DNA from: Spirochaetia bacterium
GTDB taxonomy: Bacteria > Spirochaetota > Spirochaetia > WTKD01 > G963693115
Direction: 5' to 3'
Length of the DNA: 64,000 nt
Assembly: GCA_965226055.1 (NCBI GenBank)
Contig: CBDDCA010000006.1
Coordinates: forward strand, 258,251 to 322,250
Program-made: the position numbers and the translations under genes
Part shown: positions 38,669-48,013 of the stretch, piece after piece
Position numbering within the stretch: the stretch's first letter is position 1
How the letters are laid out: each line of letters begins with the position of its first letter
Notes under the pieces: model-generated
What the model was told of the DNA's origin: nothing
The model's input: the letters and a program-made list of their open reading frames with translations, nothing else
The model's database searches: none

Positions 38669-41116
38669 TCAAATTCCCAGTGCATTCAACCTCAGTCTCT
38701 CTGTTGTAGTTTGTACAGTCTTTGCTTGATACCCCTTAAGCGGAATAAGATTTTGGTGAATAGCATCCAATATAGTATGTTTAGTAGGAAAATACTCCAA
38801 TTCCAAATCAGCAGGAGGCGTAATAAGATTTTTTGCACCAACAACAAAAGGAGGAGCATCTAAATAATCAAATACCACTGTACTAAGATTACTTGCTACA
38901 GTATGCATAAATGAACCTCTTTCCACTGCATCACTTACTAATAGTACCTTTCCTGTTTTTTTTACCGATTCTATAAGAATATCATATTGTAATGGATTTA
39001 TAAAACGAAGATCAATAACATCTGATTCTATACCATGTTTTGTCGAGAGATACTGTGATGCTTCCAATGCTGGATACAGAGTTGGCCCTACTGTAATAAT
39101 ACTAAGATGCTTTCCGTTTCTCCGCTGTACAGGAACACCCAATTCTACTGTATAATGCTCCTGTGGTACTCCCTGTGAATAAAACAGCTCTCCTTTACTA
39201 TACAATTTTTGACTTTCAAAAAATATCACAGGGTTACTTGCACTCAATGCTGTAGCAAGCATCCCTTTTGCATCATAGGGAGTGACAGGATACATGACTT
39301 GTAACCCAGGTATGTGTGCCACAAGAGATGTCCAATCTTGTGAATGCTGTGGCCCATACTTAGTTCCCACTGATACACGCAGCACTAATGGCATTTGTAA
39401 TGCTAACGCACTCATGCCTTGCCACTTTGACATCTGATTAAATACTTCATCTCCAGCCCTCCCAAGAAAATCACAATACATAAGCTCCACTAATGCCCGT
39501 CCTCCACTGAGAGCATACCCTATAGCTGTACCAACAATAGCACTTTCTGCAATAGGAGGGTTAAACAATCTATGATATGGCAACGACTCAGTTAAGCCAC
39601 GATAACACGCAAACGCTCCTCCCCAATCTCTATTTTCTTCTCCATATAATATCAACTTTGAATCAGTATATGCACTATGTAGCACAGCTTCAAATATCCC
39701 ATCACGCAATGTATACACCTGAGATTCTGGATATGGTTTTTTTTGTTCATCAAAAGCATAGCGTTTTTTACTTAATAGCTGTTTTACACGAGAATTTTCC
39801 TCTTGTGGAATACGTACTTCTGGTATATCATTTGTAGTGTATGCTTTTTGAGAAAACATTCTATTCTCAATAGCAGCAACAGTAACAAAAGGATTTTCCT
39901 CTGTACGAATAACAAGCTCAAGTGTCTTCTTTATTTTTATCATAACATCTTCATGAAAAGAAGAACATGCTTCTTCACTTACAATAGCATGAGATAGCAA
40001 ATAATTAGCATACTCTATAATTGGATCTTTTTCCTTAAAGCTATCAATTTCCTCTTTTGTTCTATATGAAGAAACATCAGAAGAAGAATGACCTGAAATT
40101 CTATATGTAATCGTATCAAGCAAAACAGGCCCACGCCCTTGTAATAGAATTTCTTTTTTTCTCCGCGTAGCATCAGCCACCGCTAATGGATTAAAGCCAT
40201 CGACTCTTTCTGCATACATAGCATTTGCATTCACCCCCGATGCAATACGAGCCATAACCCCTATCCCCATAGTTTCCCCAACAGTTTGCCCTCCCATACC
40301 ATAAAAATTATTAAAGATATTCATCAGATATGGCGGAGCTCCCTCTTTATCCCAAAGACTATAGTACTGTTCCATTGAAGAAAACATAAGAGCTTCCCAT
40401 ACTGCTCCACATGCCATAGCAGCATCCCCTATATTTGCAATTACTATGCCCGGTGTATTATGTATTTTTTTATACAAAGCAGCCCCCAATGCAATAGTAG
40501 CACTGCCTCCCACTATAGCATTATTTGGCATACTTCCCAACGGAAAAAAGAATGCATGCATTGATCCTCCGATCCCTGCATTAAATCCATTTTCTCTTGC
40601 AAAAATTTCCGAAAGCAACCCATACAATACACAATATTCCGCAACATCATACATATTTTTTGCGAGCTTATGCTTTTCAACAATATGTAGCAGAGTACCT
40701 TCTCTATAATTCAAGAACAATGTATATAAATCATTTTCATTTAAGCCTCGAATAGCCGAAAAACATTTTGCTATAATCTCACCATGACTACGATGAGAAC
40801 CAAAAATAATATCATTTTTTTCTAAAGCAAGACATTGTCCTACAGCAGCTGATTCCTGTCCAATAGATAAATGTACTGCCCCTCTATGAGTGTAGCGTAT
40901 GTTCTGATATTCTCCCTTTGTTTTTATAGCACTAAGCATTTGCTCAAATTCTCGAATTATGAGCATATCATAATATACTCTTCTTAACCTTTCTCTCCCG
41001 TACCGTTCCAGTTCTCTATAAAAATGAGGTTGATACGCATTTATTGGAATAGACGCAGACTCTAACACATCTGCTTTGCGTATTTCATCTTTTTGTAACA
41101 ATATACTCTTTGGCAT
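38669..41116 (-). CDS. fused alpha/beta E1 component of a thiamine-diphosphate-dependent 2-oxoacid (pyruvate/acetoin/branched-chain) dehydrogenase
   Basis: 815 aa. The N-terminal half carries the E1-alpha TPP motif region (GDAAMACGAVWEALMFSS...NNFYGMG). The C-terminal half is a transketolase-like E1-beta (GEENRDWGGAFACYRGL...FNPPIAESAIVGTAIGYAL). Confidence 0.8.
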   Translation of the reverse strand: MPKSILLQKDEIRKADVLESASIPINAYQPHFYRELERYGRERLRRVYYDMLIIREFEQMLSAIKTKGEYQNIRYTHRGAVHLSIGQESAAVGQCLALEKNDIIFGSHRSHGEIIAKCFSAIRGLNENDLYTLFLNYREGTLLHIVEKHKLAKNMYDVAEYCVLYGLLSEIFARENGFNAGIGGSMHAFFFPLGSMPNNAIVGGSATIALGAALYKKIHNTPGIVIANIGDAAMACGAVWEALMFSSMEQYYSLWDKEGAPPYLMNIFNNFYGMGGQTVGETMGIGVMARIASGVNANAMYAERVDGFNPLAVADATRRKKEILLQGRGPVLLDTITYRISGHSSSDVSSYRTKEEIDSFKEKDPIIEYANYLLSHAIVSEEACSSFHEDVMIKIKKTLELVIRTEENPFVTVAAIENRMFSQKAYTTNDIPEVRIPQEENSRVKQLLSKKRYAFDEQKKPYPESQVYTLRDGIFEAVLHSAYTDSKLILYGEENRDWGGAFACYRGLTESLPYHRLFNPPIAESAIVGTAIGYALSGGRALVELMYCDFLGRAGDEVFNQMSKWQGMSALALQMPLVLRVSVGTKYGPQHSQDWTSLVAHIPGLQVMYPVTPYDAKGMLATALSASNPVIFFESQKLYSKGELFYSQGVPQEHYTVELGVPVQRRNGKHLSIITVGPTLYPALEASQYLSTKHGIESDVIDLRFINPLQYDILIESVKKTGKVLLVSDAVERGSFMHTVASNLSTVVFDYLDAPPFVVGAKNLITPPADLELEYFPTKHTILDAIHQNLIPLKGYQAKTVQTTTERLRLNALGI

Positions 41117-41222
41117 ACTTATTTATAGTGTATCATGTATTTTTATTGAAAAAAACTACTACTTGCACTCAATCTTCAATATTGTTAGGATACATACATT
41201 TTCACTTTCTTTTTGGCATCTC

Positions 41223-42032
41223 TCATACTACAGATGAAGGCGAAAAGTGAGCTATGGCTAACGATACTTTGTGTAAAAATCCAGCTGCTTGTACTTCATT
41301 ATATGCTCTACTATCAAAAGAAAATGATAATGTCACATACGGCTTAAAAGATACTCCCCCATCAGCTGTATATCTTGCCTGTGGCACAATAGGACTTATT
41401 CCTAATATGCCCGTCTGTGGAATAGTGAGAACAGGAGTATAGTGTTCTATCCCATATGATCCAAAATTACTTATAGTAAATGTAGCTCCTTTAAGGGACT
41501 GTGCATCTATACTATTGTTTCTACACTTATGTATAAGAATTTTTGCATTCTGTGATATTTCGTTAAGAGACTGTGTATGTGCATTTCGTAACACTGGCAT
41601 TAGTACCCCAGAAGGACTATTTACCATAAAAGAAAGATGTACCGAACTATGCTCAACAATTTGGTTTCCATCTTCTCGCAAAGAATTTATAAAAGTACAC
41701 TCTGCAAGCACACGAGAACAAATATACAAAAACATATCATTTAGAGTAATAGTTTTATTCTGTGTTTTATATTGCTTATGGGATCGCTGAACAGATCTTG
41801 CATCTGCTGACATTGTTATTGTGCGCTGCTCAATGCTCCTTACCTGTTCTTGTTGCAATAAAAACGAACGAATAGTAGCTTCTTCTATCCTTAACAAAGA
41901 GTTCTGTTCAATATACAAGTGAAACAATGGGTAAAGGGAAACAAACTGTTCAAAACTCCACCCTCTTTGTGTAAGATAGCGTTTTGCTCGGGGACTTAGA
42001 TGCACAGAAGGAAGAGTAGCTATTTCTGTCAT
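41223..42032 (-). CDS. 2-oxoacid dehydrogenase E2-like acyltransferase catalytic domain only, with the catalytic His replaced
   Basis: 269 aa. FTISNFGSYGIEHYTPVLTIPQTGILGI aligns with the E2 core. The canonical DHRxxDG is DSRAYNE here (LSFSFDSRAYNEVQAAGFL). There is no lipoyl or E1/E3-binding domain. Confidence 0.65.
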   Translation of the reverse strand: MTEIATLPSVHLSPRAKRYLTQRGWSFEQFVSLYPLFHLYIEQNSLLRIEEATIRSFLLQQEQVRSIEQRTITMSADARSVQRSHKQYKTQNKTITLNDMFLYICSRVLAECTFINSLREDGNQIVEHSSVHLSFMVNSPSGVLMPVLRNAHTQSLNEISQNAKILIHKCRNNSIDAQSLKGATFTISNFGSYGIEHYTPVLTIPQTGILGISPIVPQARYTADGGVSFKPYVTLSFSFDSRAYNEVQAAGFLHKVSLAIAHFSPSSVV

Positions 42033-42087
42033 ATATATTTGCTATTATACATTACTTTCACTTTCATATGTCTCTCTCCATTTATTA

Positions 42088-43044
42088 TCATATTGGTATC
42101 TTAATCCATGCTTGAGGCACATCTGTATCATTGATACTGTATCCTTCTTTTTCTTTAGAACTAATATACGGTAAAATTACTATCTTATCTTTATTTGTAT
42201 TAAGCCATGCTCCCCACCAACTAAATGTACTACTTGCAATTATTTGATGCTTACATTTACTTAGCAAATATAAATCTTCATGTCCTTTTGAAAGTGAATT
42301 TCCGTCCATAATAGTAAAGGATATATGAGAGAAACGATGAGCTTGCCTTTTAACCCATGCAGGATCATCACTAAAGAAAAAATAATGTGGATGCTGTAAT
42401 TTTTTCTGCATAATATGTATTGCAGCAAGATAATAATCTATACCTACCAAATTGCCTATAGTAACAACATCTGTCCTACGAATATGAACTCCCACTGATT
42501 GCTTTTTACTCAATATGATGTTTTCGTATTTTAAAGAATAGCTGCCAAGTGGATTACGAAGGGTACATTGCTGAAGAATATCACTTCGATACTCTTCAAA
42601 AAATGTATGACATTGAAACCAACCATCAAGGTACACATTATTCCCCAGACGAAATAAAGATTGTACATACTCATCTGGATACCCATATTTAACATGATGA
42701 TTATTAAACGTTTTCAAACAATATATCTTTGTAAGATACCGTTTAAGAAATAATGCTACTTTCATAGGAACATTCATTTTCCTTATAAGAGATAATAAAG
42801 CATGCACTCTCCTATAATATTTGTAAGAAGGTATTAGTAAGCAACCATATTGAGCAATAATATTATATTCATCAAGAAAAAGAATACGAGCTTTTATACT
42901 GTTACCAGCAGAATCTTTCACAAAATAATCATAATCTAAAAAATCAAGAACAACATAGGTATTATTTTTTCTTGCTAAGGCATAGGCTGTAGCGTATTGA
43001 AATAACTGATTACCAAGTCTCCCTTGTACTTTAACAGCTATCAT
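42088..43044 (-). CDS. glycosyltransferase family 11 (alpha-1,2-fucosyltransferase-like)
   Basis: 318 aa. GRLGNQLFQYATAYALA, VGVHIRRTD and IIASSTFSWWGAWL match the FutC-type motifs GGLGNQMFQYA, HIRRGD and STYSWW. Confidence 0.85.
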   Translation of the reverse strand: MIAVKVQGRLGNQLFQYATAYALARKNNTYVVLDFLDYDYFVKDSAGNSIKARILFLDEYNIIAQYGCLLIPSYKYYRRVHALLSLIRKMNVPMKVALFLKRYLTKIYCLKTFNNHHVKYGYPDEYVQSLFRLGNNVYLDGWFQCHTFFEEYRSDILQQCTLRNPLGSYSLKYENIILSKKQSVGVHIRRTDVVTIGNLVGIDYYLAAIHIMQKKLQHPHYFFFSDDPAWVKRQAHRFSHISFTIMDGNSLSKGHEDLYLLSKCKHQIIASSTFSWWGAWLNTNKDKIVILPYISSKEKEGYSINDTDVPQAWIKIPI

Positions 43045-43990
43045 ATCTTATACCATATTTATCCCTTCCATTGAGGACGTACCCCCCCCCCCCCAATTTC
43101 CACAGCATGCCTTTTACAATATTCTTAAAAGATTGATATAACGAAGGTTTCATTTTTTTCTGTAATAATTTCTCTGGTAAAAAATATTGATGAAAATAAA
43201 ACCATACATCAAAAGGATGAGGAGGATCAATCATATGAAAATATTCGGGATATCCAATGGCAAGACGAGCATATATATTTTGTTCTACTCCAATAAATGT
43301 ACCATGAGAAGACATGTTATCCTTCAATGTATAGTAAAGATTATGTATTTTTAAGAGAATAGAGCTATGAATAAGAAATAAGCCTCCAACATGTTCTCTT
43401 GTTCGCAAGGTCAATGTAGCTATATTTTCTTTCTCCTTCGCATATTGTTGAACATCAAACCTTTGTTCTGTTTTTGTCATTACTACTTTATGGGGAGACA
43501 TAGTAGTTACTTTTTCTACATCAGGCCACTGTCTAATTTCTCTTGGTTTCAAATCGTAATCATACCTACGCTTTCTTCCTCTAAACGCTCCAATATCCAT
43601 CCACATAAACCACTGCGACCGAAACACATTTAACTCATACGCTTCTTTTACAAAATGTAATTTTTCGTTCCATATAATATACAGCTCAGGATCATGTATA
43701 TCTTTTTCTTTATTTTTTGCATGATGTTCTTGATACAATGCATAATGAGCATACTCATGAAGCTGATGAAATTCTTTTATAATAACAACAGTATTTTCTT
43801 GATACTTTTTCCTTAATCGTAAAAAATAGGGAGCATGCTCTTTATCAGTAAATATAACGAGCGGGAGTTTCATATTACAGAGAAAATTTTTTATCCACTG
43901 TTTATACATATCATCACTATGTTTTGATTTCTTAAGACGATAATATGCAGTCACTATTGTGAGACTATTCTTAACAATACTTTCCTCCAA
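43031..43990 (-). CDS. HtrL/YibB-like glycosyltransferase, tandem copy 1, with a G13 tract near the 3' end
   Basis: 319 aa. A TTG start is inferred because no in-frame ATG precedes the conserved N-terminus. TIVTAYYRLKKSKH...W..N.L......VIFTD resembles the HtrL_YibB family, from memory. The C-terminal tail after GGGG is YVLNGRDKYGIRYDSC. It overlaps the GT11 start by 14 nt. Confidence 0.7.
   Translation of the reverse strand: MEESIVKNSLTIVTAYYRLKKSKHSDDMYKQWIKNFLCNMKLPLVIFTDKEHAPYFLRLRKKYQENTVVIIKEFHQLHEYAHYALYQEHHAKNKEKDIHDPELYIIWNEKLHFVKEAYELNVFRSQWFMWMDIGAFRGRKRRYDYDLKPREIRQWPDVEKVTTMSPHKVVMTKTEQRFDVQQYAKEKENIATLTLRTREHVGGLFLIHSSILLKIHNLYYTLKDNMSSHGTFIGVEQNIYARLAIGYPEYFHMIDPPHPFDVWFYFHQYFLPEKLLQKKMKPSLYQSFKNIVKGMLWKLGGGGYVLNGRDKYGIRYDSC
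43082..43094 (-). repeat. homopolymer C13 on the plus strand (G13 in the coding strand)
   Basis: Counted directly: 9 C at 43082-43090 and 4 C at 43091-43094. Confidence 0.95.
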
Positions 43991-44047
43991 ACACTAGTAC
44001 AAGTATATCATACTAGTACTATTTTTATTTAAGTCAACAATAACGAT

Positions 44048-44082
44048 CACGAGTTCAAGGAGTAACTGCGACAAAGGAGCAA
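44048..44082 (+). repeat. solo IS30-family IRL (copy C, diverged)
   Basis: cacgagttcaaggagtaactgcgacaaaggagcaa lies exactly at the end of duplication unit 1. Confidence 0.75.
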
Positions 44083-44114
44083 AAAACATACTGTTACCTA
44101 ATTTATGTGATCTA

Positions 44115-45119
44115 TCAAAAATAAGACAAGATGCCATTAGTATACAACAAAAATTCTATTTTATAAGCAAACTCTCTTTCCTTCCTTATTATTATTCCAT
44201 TGGGGTGTACCCCCCCCCCCCCCAATTTCCACAGCATGCCTTTTACAATATTCTTAAAAGATTGATACAACGAAGGCTTTATTTTTTTCTGTAATAATTT
44301 CTCTGGTAAAAAATATTGATGAAAATAAAACCATACATCAAAAGCATGAGAAGGATCAATCATATGAAAATATTCAGGATATCCAATGGCAAGACGAGCA
44401 TATATATTTTGGTCTACTCCAATAAATGTACCATGAGAAAACATATTATCCTTCAATGTATAATAAAGATTATGTATTTTTAAGAGAATAGAGCTATGAA
44501 TAAGAAATAAGCCTCCAACATGTTCTCTTGTTCGCAAGGTCAATGTAGCTATATTTTCTTTCTCTTTCGCATATTGTTGAACATCAAACTCTTCCTCTGT
44601 TTTTATCATTACTGCTTTATGGGGAGACATAGTAGTTACTTTTTCTACATCAGGCCACTGTCTAATTTCTCTTGGTTTCAAATCGTAATCATACCTACGC
44701 TTTCTTCCTCTAAACGCTCCAATATCCATCCACATAAACCACTGCGACCGAAACACATTTAACTCATACGCTTCTTTTACAAAATGTAATTTTTCGTTCC
44801 ATATAATATACAGCTCAGGATCATGTATATCTTTTTGTATATCTTTTGCATGATGTTCTTGATACAATGCATAATGAGCATACTCATGAAGCTGATGAAA
44901 TTCTTTTATAATAACAACAGTATTTTCTTGATACTTTTTCCTTAATCGTAAAAAATAGGGAGCATGCTCTTTATCAGTAAATATAACGAGCGGGAGTTTC
45001 ATATTACAGAGAAAATTTTTTATCCACTGTTTATACATATCATCACTATGTTTTGATTTCTTAAGACGATAATATGCAGTCACTATTGTGAGACTATTCT
45101 TAGCAATACTTTCCTCCAA
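44115..45119 (-). CDS. HtrL/YibB-like glycosyltransferase, tandem copy 2, with a G14 tract near the 3' end
   Basis: 334 aa and near-identical to copy 1 up to ...WKLGGGG. After that it has a different tail, VHPNGIIIRKEREFAYKIEFLLYTNGILSYF, because of the extra G and different downstream DNA. Confidence 0.7.
   Translation of the reverse strand: MEESIAKNSLTIVTAYYRLKKSKHSDDMYKQWIKNFLCNMKLPLVIFTDKEHAPYFLRLRKKYQENTVVIIKEFHQLHEYAHYALYQEHHAKDIQKDIHDPELYIIWNEKLHFVKEAYELNVFRSQWFMWMDIGAFRGRKRRYDYDLKPREIRQWPDVEKVTTMSPHKAVMIKTEEEFDVQQYAKEKENIATLTLRTREHVGGLFLIHSSILLKIHNLYYTLKDNMFSHGTFIGVDQNIYARLAIGYPEYFHMIDPSHAFDVWFYFHQYFLPEKLLQKKIKPSLYQSFKNIVKGMLWKLGGGGVHPNGIIIRKEREFAYKIEFLLYTNGILSYF
44210..44223 (-). 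repeat. homopolymer C14 on the plus strand (G14 in the coding strand)
   Basis: Counted directly: 1 C at 44210, 10 C at 44211-44220 and 3 C at 44221-44223. Confidence 0.95.
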
Positions 45120-45183
45120 ACACTAGTACAAGTATATCATACTAGTACTATTTTTATTTAAGTCAACAATAACGATACTATAC

Positions 45184-45211
45184 CAATAGCCCAAAATTAT
45201 AAGGGCTATTG
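45184..45211 (-). terminator. candidate hairpin after the ABC/GldG/DUF4340 cluster
   Basis: caatagccc (45184-45192) pairs with gggctattg (45203-45211) in a perfect 9-bp stem with a 10-nt loop, 14 nt downstream of the stop at 45225. There is no U-run. Confidence 0.35.
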
Positions 45212-45224
45212 ATATATGCAAGTA

Positions 45225-46250
45225 TTACTCTTCCACTAATACAGGAGGTGGTGTTTGTTCTGAGTCTTGAAACATAGCTTCTTCATTTTCTTCAGGTTCT
45301 TGAGCAAAAAAGTGATCATCATCAACAAGGAAACGATCTTCTACTGTCGAGTTATTAAGAATAAATGCAACAGTATCGCGTCCTCCTTTTGTTTTTGCAT
45401 AATAGGTATCAGCAAAAAAGTATATATCTAATTCAAGAGCATCTCCTGATTTTTGAGTTACTTTTATACTGATACTTTTTGTTTCTTCTTGCAATGCTAC
45501 AGATGTAAGATCTTTCGCTTCTAAGAAAAACATATCTGTGAGATACTTTTCTGCAAGCACAGCATCAATCTTTTTATCAGAACCTACTAAACTCCATCCC
45601 TCATCGTTTCTTTCTAGTAGCATAGTACTTGACAACACTTTTGTCTTATCATCATATCGTTGTATTTGATACTGAGATACATTTTCTACAGCATTATTAC
45701 TAGGAAACAAACGAAGGTCTGCCCAATCCAGATAATCATACTGTAGGTAAGACACCATAGTATCATCTATTTGATATACAGAGGGACTATCATCAATTTG
45801 AGCAAAACTATTTGCTCCTGAAGCATCGCTCACTCGCAATGAAATCAGCTGGGATCCATCCTCTGCTGAAAGAACTAAGGAATACGCAGTATCGCCTAAC
45901 TGATACTGTGATACATCTTTTGGATCTTTCGATACGAGCCTTCCTTTTTTTACCTTTGCTACTGTATTGAGGAACGATTGCACTATATCTTGATTTACAG
46001 GATAATTTTTTACATCCACATCCTCTTCTTCTCTTGTGAGCGTCCATATATTGTTCAATTTTTTGAGAACAAATTTTTCGCTCGTACCAATTCCTTCTAC
46101 ATTAGCTATATCAACAGTACCAATAAGTGGCTGTGATACTTTTTTTCTCTGCTGTGATTGAGGCTTTGTTACTGTAGCTATGGTATACACTAGCACTAAT
46201 ATCACAAATATCACAGTGAGTATTACAATATTTTTTGTATTTTTAGTCAC
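45225..46250 (-). CDS. membrane-anchored protein, DUF4340-like by context (follows the GldG-type gene)
   Basis: 341 aa. The N-terminal TM segment is IVILTVIFVILVLVYTIATV and the tail is acidic. The family assignment comes from memory of conserved gene order, not from a motif. Confidence 0.45.
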   Translation of the reverse strand: MTKNTKNIVILTVIFVILVLVYTIATVTKPQSQQRKKVSQPLIGTVDIANVEGIGTSEKFVLKKLNNIWTLTREEEDVDVKNYPVNQDIVQSFLNTVAKVKKGRLVSKDPKDVSQYQLGDTAYSLVLSAEDGSQLISLRVSDASGANSFAQIDDSPSVYQIDDTMVSYLQYDYLDWADLRLFPSNNAVENVSQYQIQRYDDKTKVLSSTMLLERNDEGWSLVGSDKKIDAVLAEKYLTDMFFLEAKDLTSVALQEETKSISIKVTQKSGDALELDIYFFADTYYAKTKGGRDTVAFILNNSTVEDRFLVDDDHFFAQEPEENEEAMFQDSEQTPPPVLVEE

Positions 46251-46267
46251 AATTATTCTCCTTTATT

Positions 46268-48013
46268 TTAATATCGTCTCCGAGAAAGATTTCTTCTCAT
46301 AAAAAGTACTACTGCCCCAACAATAACTATAAGTAAAGGGACAAAAAAGTTATTGATCAACTGAACAACAAACATATACCCTTCTTTTTTTGCTTCGTCT
46401 TGAATCTTATTTAACTGAAGATTACGTACATTCTTTGACTTTATCTGTAATAACTCTACATCAGCACTTAACCATTCTGTTGAGTTAGATACAAAAGAAA
46501 TATTATACTGTGCATTAGAAAATTGATAGAGAGGACTTATAAAATAATGACTTCCCGCAGCAAGAAACCTTGCCTGTTCGGTACTTGATATATACTCTTC
46601 TATACTCTCCTCTGGGGTACTTATAATCCCTGCTTCTACTGCACTTGATAATGGGCCATTAAATACAGAGATAAGATTATATTGTTTTGTATTCTCTTCA
46701 TTTTTAGAAGTAAAAAATCCAGTGTTATCAGGAACTACATTAAAGCCGTTTCCTTGTGCATTAGGCCCTACTGTCCATCCATCTTCTGTAGTTTTCACTA
46801 TATTTGTTACATAGTCTGCAACATCATCGCGAACAACTATTGGGCTTGTCCAATACATATCCAAGCCTGCAAAACGGTTTGTAATAGGATGATCTAAGGC
46901 AACATTTTGCTGAGCAATGGTAGGCCACATTGGATAACTTTGAAAAATACTTACTCCTGCACCACCACTTAAAGGAATCTGCTTATTAAGAGAATCAAGT
47001 GCTATTTCATCTTTTATAGTAAGCCCATAACTCTCTATCATTTTATTAAGGACTGTGTCATTGGCTGTTGCAAATAAGCCTCTTTGTAAATCAACATTCG
47101 CTCTATCAACTGCAAAAAACACTCCTTTTCCTTGCATAACAAATTGGTCTATACGATATGCTAACTCATTGGACACATCCTGATTTCCTAAAATATACAA
47201 CACATCCACATCATCAGGAAACGGAGCATCATCTTTTTCTATTATTTTGACTTCAAAATCTTGCTCAAGTATTTGTTGTATCACTTGCCTATTCTGTTGA
47301 TCATCATAGTATGTATCAAGAAACAACACTCCAACAACACGTGCATCATCATTATATGTTTCTACTATTTTTGATACTACTTGATACTCAATAATGGATG
47401 GTTCTAATGTAAAAGGGATAACACTGTTTCGTTCTTGATAAGAAATAACAATGCCTGAATATACCACCGCAAAAGATGCCTCGTTCTTTTCAACAAACTG
47501 TATCTGTCTTGGTTCTAAGCCTTTTCCACGTAATTCTTCTTCGCTCAATGTTTCTGGATCAATCTCCTCTACAATAATACTCCCAGAACTCCGTGCTGCT
47601 ATTTCTTGTAATGTATCAAGAATTTGCTGTGTTCCTTGTGCTTGCAGTTTTAATTTAGGACTAATATAATAATCTATGTATACAATATCCTCAAGGTCTC
47701 TTAGTATATCAATGGTCACCTGAGAGATTGAATATACTTTATTTTCTGTAGTATCAATACGAAAGGGAAATACCAACGAGTTTATTAGCACTAACACGAT
47801 TACTGCAAAGAATACAATAGAAACAAACTGTTCCTTTGCTTTTTTCTGCCATATCCCCCCTCCCTTAGCTCCTTTCTTTACTTTCTTCTGAGATACAGTA
47901 GAACTTTCTCCTTGAGATGCTGTATCTTTCTGAGTATCATCCTGTTGTGCTGGCACAGATGATACATTTTTTATATCTTCATTTCTTTCATCATTACTCA
48001 TGTCTACCTCCAT
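46268..48013 (-). CDS. GldG-like ABC-transport-system accessory protein
   Basis: 581 aa with N- and C-terminal TM anchors (FFAVIVLVLINSLVF and FFVPLLIVIVGAVVLF) around a large extracytoplasmic domain. It lies after an ABC-2 permease and an ATPase. Confidence 0.55.
   Translation of the reverse strand: MEVDMSNDERNEDIKNVSSVPAQQDDTQKDTASQGESSTVSQKKVKKGAKGGGIWQKKAKEQFVSIVFFAVIVLVLINSLVFPFRIDTTENKVYSISQVTIDILRDLEDIVYIDYYISPKLKLQAQGTQQILDTLQEIAARSSGSIIVEEIDPETLSEEELRGKGLEPRQIQFVEKNEASFAVVYSGIVISYQERNSVIPFTLEPSIIEYQVVSKIVETYNDDARVVGVLFLDTYYDDQQNRQVIQQILEQDFEVKIIEKDDAPFPDDVDVLYILGNQDVSNELAYRIDQFVMQGKGVFFAVDRANVDLQRGLFATANDTVLNKMIESYGLTIKDEIALDSLNKQIPLSGGAGVSIFQSYPMWPTIAQQNVALDHPITNRFAGLDMYWTSPIVVRDDVADYVTNIVKTTEDGWTVGPNAQGNGFNVVPDNTGFFTSKNEENTKQYNLISVFNGPLSSAVEAGIISTPEESIEEYISSTEQARFLAAGSHYFISPLYQFSNAQYNISFVSNSTEWLSADVELLQIKSKNVRNLQLNKIQDEAKKEGYMFVVQLINNFFVPLLIVIVGAVVLFMRRNLSRRRY

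Larger units (their letters stand above)
43082..45177 (-). repeat. tandem segmental duplication: two units of about 966 bp (43082..44047 and 44210..45177) separated by a 162-bp spacer that begins with an IS30 IRL
   Basis: Both units run from the poly-C tract to ...aagtcaacaataacgat and are near-identical. The proteins differ at a few positions, for example KNKEKD vs KDIQKD and TEQRF vs TEEEF. Confidence 0.9.

Noticed and set aside
38402-38863. Small ORFs (80 aa on the minus strand and 72 aa on the plus strand) lie around the junction between the WD40 and E1 genes.
   Set aside because: One overlaps the WD40 gene's 5' end and the other is antisense to the E1 3' end. They have low-complexity sequence, no motifs and no RBS.
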